A stretch of DNA of 64,000 bases from Balanoglossus misakiensis. Its lineage: Eukaryota; Animalia; Hemichordata. The position numbers and the translations under genes were made by a program. Below, piece after piece: positions 56,601 to 64,000 of this stretch. The DNA lies in the NCBI GenBank assembly GCA_040954595.2, contig CM082594.2, forward strand, positions 762,247 to 826,246, in the 5' to 3' direction. Each line of letters opens with the position of its first letter. The first letter of the stretch is position 1. A model generated the notes under the pieces. The model was not told the origin of the DNA, made no database searches, and saw only the letters and a program-made list of their open reading frames with translations.

Positions 56601-59600
56601 GTTTCCGCTCTGAAGTGCCGGGGCTTCAGCTAAACCATGCCGTAGGAAATCCGACGTAATCACCGTTGATAACTTACGCCAGTCTGTGTCATATAGAGCC
56701 GGTGCACCAGCCGAGTCACGCCGTAGGAAATCTGACTTGATCAACGTGGTCAATGTACGCCTGTTTCTGCTCTAGAGTGCCGGGGCTTCAGCTGAGCCAG
56801 GCCGTAGGAAACCCGACGTGATTACCGTTGTTAACTTACGCCAGTCTGTGTCCTATATATAGTGCCGGGGCATCAGCCGTGCCAGGCCGAAGGAAATGTG
56901 AGTAGATCAAAGTGGTCTCTGTACGCGTGTTTCTGATCTAGAGTGCCGGGGCTTTATCCAAGCCATGCCGTAGAAAATCTGACTTGATCACCGTTGCTAA
57001 CGTACGATAGTGTCTGTCATATTGTGACGGAGATTTAGCCGAGCCAGGCCGTAGAAAAATCGACTTGTTCAACGTTACCAGTGTGCAACTGTTTCTGCTC
57101 TAGAGTGTCAGGGTTTTAGCCGACTTATGCTGTAGGAAATCTGAGTTGATGAATGGGAATTCAATGTTAAAAAACCTGTGTGGAAAGTGTCTCTACCCTT
57201 TTGAAACTAAGAAAATAATTTATTCTTATTTATTTTGTAAAAATCACAATTTTTCGAAAAAAAGTCGAAAATGGTAATTTTGTCATGGGTGATTCAAATT
57301 ATACCGCCTTTTCTGGAATTTGCAGCACTTTTTACAAGAGAACGACACTTCATGCTCCATAATATTTCCGAAAATGAAGAAAAGAGTTAATTTTTTACGA
57401 TTTTTTAAAAATTTACCATTTTTGTCAAAATATGGCCAAAATGGCTATTTTTTCTTGAATTCCGTCAATATCTCTGCATTTTTGGAGTGGTCGAAAGTTT
57501 TAACATACAATCAACATGTCATATATGATCAGGGCACCAAATTCGAAGAACAAAGGTTTTTTTTATTTTTTTTTCTAAAAATGACATTTTCAAGGAAAAT
57601 TTGGTAAAACGCAATTTTGTCTGCAGTGAGCCAAATTGGCCGTTTTTTTGTGGAATTTGTATCGATATATGTATACGAAGAGCATTCTATACTCCATCAG
57701 ATTTCCGAAAATGTAGAAAACAGGTATTTTTTGTAATTTTCAAAAATTTACCATTTTGACCGAATTGTGGCTAAAATTGTTATTTTCGTGTTGAATGCCG
57801 CCAGTGTCACTGCTTTTAAAAGTCATTAAAACTTTTAACATACAAGCAATTGTTTATATATGATCAGGTCACCGAATTTAAAGAATAAAGAATGTTTTCC
57901 CTAAAAATGACCTTTTTGGTGCAAAAACGAATAAAACGCAATTTTGTATTAAATCAGCTCATTCAGAGTGCATTTTTTATAATCAGCACCATTTTTACAT
58001 ATAATGGAAATTTCATACATCATCAGATATCCAAATATGAAAAAATGATTTAGATTTTAGATGATTGTCCAAAAGTAGCTGATATCTAATAAATATAGTA
58101 TTGAACCGTTCTGTCCCCCCCCCCCCTACATTACATGCGGTACGCCGATGTCAGCTTACCCGTCAGTACTGCAGGCCGTGCCCACAACTAACGTCGGTGT
58201 TTGAAACGCCCTGGTTAAATTCGGGCTTTCTCTATAAATTGACAGGCAATAATGTAGTCCTACCGGAACAAATGTCGAGTGTTGACCCGCTGTGACTTTC
58301 CCTCTTCGGTTTGCCAGACTTAGCCAACGTCTTTGTACTAGAGTGTCGGGTGTTTTGCAGAGCCAGGCCGAAGGAAATCCGACTTGATCACCGATGCTAA
58401 CGAACGCTAGTGTCTGTCATGGTGTGCCGGGGTTTTAGTCGAGCCAGGCCGTAGGAGATCTGATTGGATCATCGTGGTCAATGTACGCGTGTTTCCGCTC
58501 TAAAGTGCCGGGGCTTCAGCTAAACCAGGCCGTAGGAAATCCGACGTAATCACCGTTGATAACTTACGCCAGTCTGTGTCATATAGAGCCGGTGCACCAG
58601 CCGAGTCACGCCGTAGGAATCTGATTTGATCAACGTGGTCAATGTACGCCTGTTTCTGCTCTAGAGTGCCGGGGCTTCAGCTGAGCCAGGCCGTAGGAAA
58701 CCCGACGTGATTACCGTTGTTAACTTACGCCAGTCTGTGTCCTATATATAGTGCGGGACATCAGCCGTGCCAGGCCTAAGGAAATGTGAGTAGATCAATG
58801 TGGTCTCTGTACGCGTGTTTCTGCTCTAGAATGCCAGGGCTTTAGCCAAGCCATGCCGTAGGAAATCTGAATTGATCAACGTTGCTAACGAACGCTAGTG
58901 TCTGTCATAGTGTGCCGGGGTTTTAGTCGAGCCAAGCCGTAGGAGATCTGACTTGATCATCGTGGTCAATGTACGCGTGTTTCCGCTCTAAAGTGCCGGG
59001 GCTTGAGTTAAACCAGGCCGTAGGAAATCCGACGTAATCACCGTTGATAACTTACGCCAGTCTGTGTCATATAGAGCCGGTGCACCAGCGGAGTCACACC
59101 GTAGGAATCTGATTTGATCAACGTGGTCAATGTACGCCTGTTTCTGCTCTAGAGTGCCGGGGCTTCAGCTGAGCCAGGCCGTAGGAAACCCGACGTGATT
59201 ACCGTTGTTAACTTACGCAAGTCTGTGTCCTATATATACTGCCGGGGCATCAGCCGTGCCAGGCCGAAGGAAATGTGAGTAGATCAACGTGGTTTCTGTA
59301 CGCGTGTTTCTGCTCTAGAGTGCCAGGGCTTTAGCCAAGCTATGCCGTAGGAAATCTGACTTGATCACCGTTGCTAACGAACGCTAGTGTCTGTCATAGT
59401 GTGCCGGGGTTTTAGTCGAACCAAGCCGTAGGAGATCAGACTTGATCAACGTGGTCTCTGTACGCATGTTTCTGCTCTGGAGTGCCGGGGCTTTATCCAA
59501 GCCATGCCGTAGAAAATCTGACTTGATCACCGTTGCTAACCTACGCTAGTGTCTGTCATATTGTGACGGAGATTTAGCCGAGCCAGGCCGTAGAAAAATC

Positions 59601-62600
59601 GACTTGTTCAACGTTACCAGTGTGCAACTGTTTCTGTTCTAGAGAGTCAGGGTTTTAGCCGACTTGTAGGAAATCTGAGTTGATGAACTGGAATTCAATG
59701 TTAGAAATCCGTGTGGAAAGTATCTCTACCCGTTTGGAACTAAGAAAAGAATTTATTCTTATTTATTTTGTAAAAAAACAACATTTCGAAAAAAAGTCGA
59801 AAATGGTAATTTTGTCTTGGGTGATTCAAATTATACCGCCTTTTCTGGAATTTGCAGCACTTTTTACAAGAGAACGACACTTCATGCTCTATAATATTTC
59901 CGAAAATGAAGAAAAGAGTTAATTTTTTATGATTTTTTAAAAATTTACCATTTTTGTCAAAATATGGCCAAAATGGCTATTTTTTCTTGAATTCCGTCAA
60001 TATCTCAGCATTTTTGGAGTGGTCAAAAGTTTTAACATACAATCAACATGTCATATATGATCAGGCACTAAATTCGAAGAACAAAGGTTTTTTATTTTTT
60101 TTTCTAAAAATGACATTTTCAAGGAAAATTTGGTAAAACGCAATTTTGTCTGCAGTGAGCCAAATTAGACGGTCTTTTGTGGAATTTGTATCGATATATA
60201 CATACGAAGAGCATTCTATACTCCATCAGATTTCCGAAAATGTAGAAAACAGGTATTTTTTGTAATTTTCAAAAATTTACCATTTTGACCGAATTGTGGC
60301 TAAAATTGTTATTAAAGTGTTGAATGCCGCCAGTGTCACTGCTTTTAAAAGTCATAAAAACTTTTAACATACAAGCAATTGTTTATATATGATAAGGTCA
60401 CCGAATTAAAAAAATAAAGAATGTTTTGACTAAAAATGACCTTTTTGGTGCAAAAACGAATAAAACGCAATTTTGTATTAAATCAGCTCATTCAGAGTGC
60501 ATTTTTATAATCAGCACCATTTTTACATATAATGGAAATTTCATACATCATCAGATATCCAAATATGAAAAGATGATTTACATTTTAGATGATTGTCAAA
60601 AATTAGCTGATATCTGATAAATGTAGTATTGAACCGTTCTGTTCCCCCCCTACATTATATGCGGTACGCTGATGTCAGCTTACCCGGCAGTACTGCAGGC
60701 CGTGCCCCCAACTAACGTCGGTGTTTGAAACGCCCTGGTTAAATTCGGGCTTTCTCTATAAATTGACAGGCAATAATGCAGTCCTACCGGAACAAATGTC
60801 GAGTGTTGACCCGCTGTGACTTTCCCTGTTCGGTTTGCCCGACTTAGCCAACGTCTTTGTACTAGAGTGTCGGGTCTTTTGCAGAGCCAGGCCGAAGGAA
60901 ATCCGACTTGATCACCGTTGCTAACGAACGCTAGTGTCTGTCATGGTGTGCCGGGGTTTTAGTCGAGCCAGGCCGTAGGAGATCTGATTGGATCATCGTG
61001 GTCAATGTACGCGTGTTTCCGCTCTAAAGTGCCGGGGCTTCAGCTAAACCAGGCCGTAGGAAATCCGACGTAATCACCGTTGATAACTTACGCCAGTCTG
61101 TGTCATATAGAGCCGGTGCACCAGCCGAGTCACGCCGTAGGAATCTGATTTGATCAACGTGGTCAATGTACGCCTGTTTCTGCTCTAGAGTGCCGGGGCT
61201 TCAGCTGAGCCAGGCCGTAGGAAACCCGACGTGATTACCGTTGTTAACTTACGCCAGTCTGTGTCCTATATATAGTGCGGGACATCAGCCGTGCCAGGCC
61301 TAAGGAAATGTGAGTAGATCAATGTGGTCTCTGTACGCGTGTTTCTGCTCTAGAATGCCAGGGCTTTAGCCAAGCCATGCCGTAGGAAATCTGAATTGAT
61401 CAACGTTGCTAACGAACGCTAGTGTCTGTCATAGTGTGCCGGGGTTTTAGTCGAGCCAAGCCGTAGGAGATCTGACTTGATCATCGTGGTCAATGTACGC
61501 GTGTTTCCGCTCTAAAGTGCCGGGGCTTGAGTTAAACCAGGCCGTAGGAAATCCGACGTAATCACCGTTGATAACTTACGCCAGTCTGTGTCATATAGAG
61601 CCGGTGCACCAGCGGAGTCACACCGTAGGAATCTGATTTGATCAACGTGGTCAATGTACGCCTGTTTCTGCTCTAGAGTGCCGGGGCTTCAGCTGAGCCA
61701 GGCCGTAGGAAACCCGACGTGATTACCGTTGTTAACTTACGCAAGTCTGTGTCCTATATATACTGCCGGGGCATCAGCCGTGCCAGGCCGAAGGAAATGT
61801 GAGTAGATCAACGTGGTTTCTGTACGCGTGTTTCTGCTCTAGAGTGCCAGGGCTTTAGCCAAGCTATGCCGTAGGAAATCTGACTTGATCACCGTTGCTA
61901 ACGAACGCTAGTGTCTGTCATAGTGTGCCGGGGTTTTAGTCCAACCAAGCCGTAGGAGATCAGACTTGATCAACGTGGTCTCTGTACGCATGTTTCTGCT
62001 CTGGAGTGCCGGGGCTTTATCCAAGCCATGCCGTAGAAAATCTGACTTGATCACCGTTGCTAACCTACGCTAGTGTCTGTCATATTGTGACGGAGATTTA
62101 GCCGAGCCAGGCCGTAGAAAAATCGACTTGTTCAACGTTACCAGTGTGCAACTGTTTCTGTTCTAGAGAGTCAGGGTTTTAGCCGACTTGTAGGAAATCT
62201 GAGTTGATGAACTGGAATTCAATGTTAGAAATCCGTGTGGAAAGTATCTCTACCCGTTTGGAACTAAGAAAAGAATTTATTCTTATTTATTTTGTAAAAA
62301 AACAACATTTCGAAAAAAAGTCGAAAATGGTAATTTTGTCTTGGGTGATTCAAATTATACCGCCTTTTCTGGAATTTGCAGCACTTTTTACAAGAGAACG
62401 ACACTTCATGCTCCATAATATTTCCGAAAATGAAGAAAAGAGTTATTTTTTATGATTTTTTTAAAAATTTACCATTTTTGTCATAATATGGCCAAAATGG
62501 CTATTTTTTCTTGAATTCCGTCTATATCTCTGCATTTTTGGAGTGGTCGAAACTTTTAACATACAATCAACATGTCATATATAATCAGGGCACCGAATTC

Positions 62601-62792
62601 GAAGAACAATTAAAGCTTGTTTTAATTGTTTTTCTAAAAATGACATTTTCAAGGAAAATTTGGTAAAACGCAATTTTGTCTGCAGTGAGCCAAATTAGAC
62701 TGTCTTTTGTGCAATTTGTATCGATATATACATACGAAGAGCATTCTATACTCCATCAGATATCCGAAAATGTAGAAAACAGGTATTTTTTG
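26627..62792 (+). repeat. Right arm of the same array in inverted orientation (17 poly-C cores plus partial units)
   Basis: 'gtagtattgaaccgttctg' followed by poly-C recurs at ~27237, 29295, 31248, 33291, 35341, 37392, 39611, 41826, 43381, 45436, 47495, 49904, 51959, 54174, 55727, 58115 and 60644. It is the reverse complement of the left-arm unit. Confidence 0.98.
48445..48631 (+). mobile_element. 5'-truncated LINE 3' end (L2/CR1 group), copy 3 (right arm)
   Basis: Reverse complement of copies 1 and 2 with TSD aacgct (48439-48444 and 48632-48637). The tail is one AAT shorter. Confidence 0.88.
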
Positions 62793-63164
62793 TGTCACAA
62801 AGTGTCTATAGGGTTGTGTGTTGTCTTGTGTGTCCAGTGTTGTTTTTGTGTGGTGGTTAAAGGTTAGTTAGGATTTGCTGCACGTCTACTTGTCTGAGGT
62901 GGTTAGACAGTCAGTTACACATATTACCATCGGACGGCTTTGACAAAATGAACTCTGCTATGACACACCACCAGTGTGAATAACTGCGCATGGACAATTC
63001 ACCAGCCCTGGATTACATAATCTCTGCACTGATTTGGTTTGCATGAATAATTCGGAGGTGATAATTCGGGGAGAAACGAAAACAATAGACAGTGGAGAAC
63101 AGTGGACAATCATTCTGAATAAATTATTGTAGAAAATATGTACAGCAATGCACCTGGAAGGTGG

Positions 63165-63171
63165 TATAAAA
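63165..63171 (+). promoter_or_regulatory. Candidate LTR TATA box
   Basis: ggTATAAAAggc within the LTR. Confidence 0.6.
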
Positions 63172-63628
63172 GGCTGCGTGCCCATTCTTGAGGGGGAGAC
63201 TGACATGACAGCCAGCGGTAGCACTGAGGCACTGTGTGTGTAATCCTACCAGAATCTGACTGCCAGGCCTGTATGGCGAAACTACCACGGTGACGGAGTT
63301 TTCCACCAAGTGTGATACGAGACATCCTGTGCGGCCACGGATAAACCATCTTCTCGATGAAACTGGAACGACTGATATATTCTGCGACCCATTTCCCGGA
63401 ACATTGTCACTACTGAACTCACTGAACTCAACAATCTTTCTTAGCAAGGGTAGGACAACCGTTCGATAACCACCTGTTAATGTCTTTGTCATGTTTGTAC
63501 CGTTTCATGTCTTTGTGTTTGTGTTTTGTGTAATATTTCTTTACTGTGCATACAGTCCACTGGTATTTTGTCTATAGTGGCTGTCCCTGTACAATTTATT
63601 GGATCCATCGATACATTTCTGCAAGTTG

Positions 63629-63634
63629 AATAAA
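63629..63634 (+). promoter_or_regulatory. Candidate LTR polyadenylation signal
   Basis: AATAAA about 150 bp before the LTR 3' end, a typical R-region position. Confidence 0.55.
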
Positions 63635-63785
63635 TAGTCTATGCATAAATGTAATAACGTTTCTGAGTTTTACGATTCCCGTAGTAAGGGGTCCCCAGCA
63701 CACAAGAACCCAGTCACATGGTCTGAAGGAAAAGCTACCTGATACTGCTCAGTATCATCCCTTGTATCTTACCTTGTGACATATT

Positions 63786-63803
63786 TGGTGGCAGCGGTGG
63801 GAT
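63786..63803 (+). promoter_or_regulatory. Primer-binding site complementary to the tRNA-Leu 3' end
   Basis: TGGTGGCAGCGGTGGGAT lies 4 nt after the LTR. It is the reverse complement of ...ATCCCACCGCTGCCA+CCA, the 3' end of metazoan tRNA-Leu(AAG/TAG). Confidence 0.9.
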
Positions 63804-63972
63804 AGTTTTCATTGAAATTCATATCTTTCGGATTTTTTTGTTTATTCCCACCGTTTATTTCTTGGACACCCATCGTGGTTCCTGGTATATAACAAAAACT
63901 ACAAAAGGGGAACAAATTGGCCAATCTTGTTGGTGTTGGTGAATCGTAAACTCAGGGTATAATATTTGTAGG

Positions 63973-64000
63973 ATGGATCTGGCTGAAATTAAGAGAGTTG
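63973..64000 (+). CDS. Possible start of the retrotransposon gag ORF (MDLAEIKRV..., runs off the window)
   Basis: ATG in a good context (aggATGg) about 170 nt after the PBS, open to the window end. Only 9 codons are visible. Confidence 0.35.

Larger units (their letters stand above)
62793..63781 (+). mobile_element. 5' LTR (989 bp) of an LTR retrotransposon, probably Ty3/Gypsy
   Basis: Termini are tgtcacaa...ttgtgaca (TG...CA, 8-bp inverted repeat). It has an internal TATAAAA and AATAAA, is followed by a PBS, and abruptly interrupts the satellite at 'aggtattttttg'. Confidence 0.92.

Noticed and set aside
558-62455. Recurring short ORFs (MSKYGQNG..., MMNGNSML..., MNRSVPPP..., MTTLIKSD...) as a tandem gene family
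   Set aside because: They mostly have non-ATG starts, are freely frameshifted by homopolymer indels between copies, have variable stops, and show no recognisable domain.
62676-63492. ORFs within or overlapping the LTR
   Set aside because: They are antisense or junction-spanning ORFs in non-coding LTR sequence with no recognisable homology.

Overview
This window is eukaryotic (probably invertebrate metazoan; inferred) and I can support no real protein-coding gene in it. About 62.8 kb is one complex tandem-repeat array (macrosatellite) with a modal monomer of ~2.05 kb. I count 28 poly-G/C core tracts plus partial units. Each monomer has three parts: (i) a CpG-rich array of 81-bp subrepeats alternating as A/B types (162-bp dimer), (ii) a ~250-bp single-copy core ending in a variable poly-G/C tract, and (iii) a ~930-bp AT-rich domain made of about three highly diverged ~335-bp subrepeats. 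The array switches strand at ~26627, giving two large inverted arms that share monomer variants. Three kinds of transposon insertion are embedded: three copies of one 190-bp 5'-truncated L2/CR1-group LINE end with a 6-bp TSD, a 1.33-kb non-autonomous DNA transposon with TAG...CTA termini (16217-17549), and, at the right end, a 989-bp LTR followed by a tRNA-Leu primer-binding site. The listed ORFs are repeat-derived artefacts.
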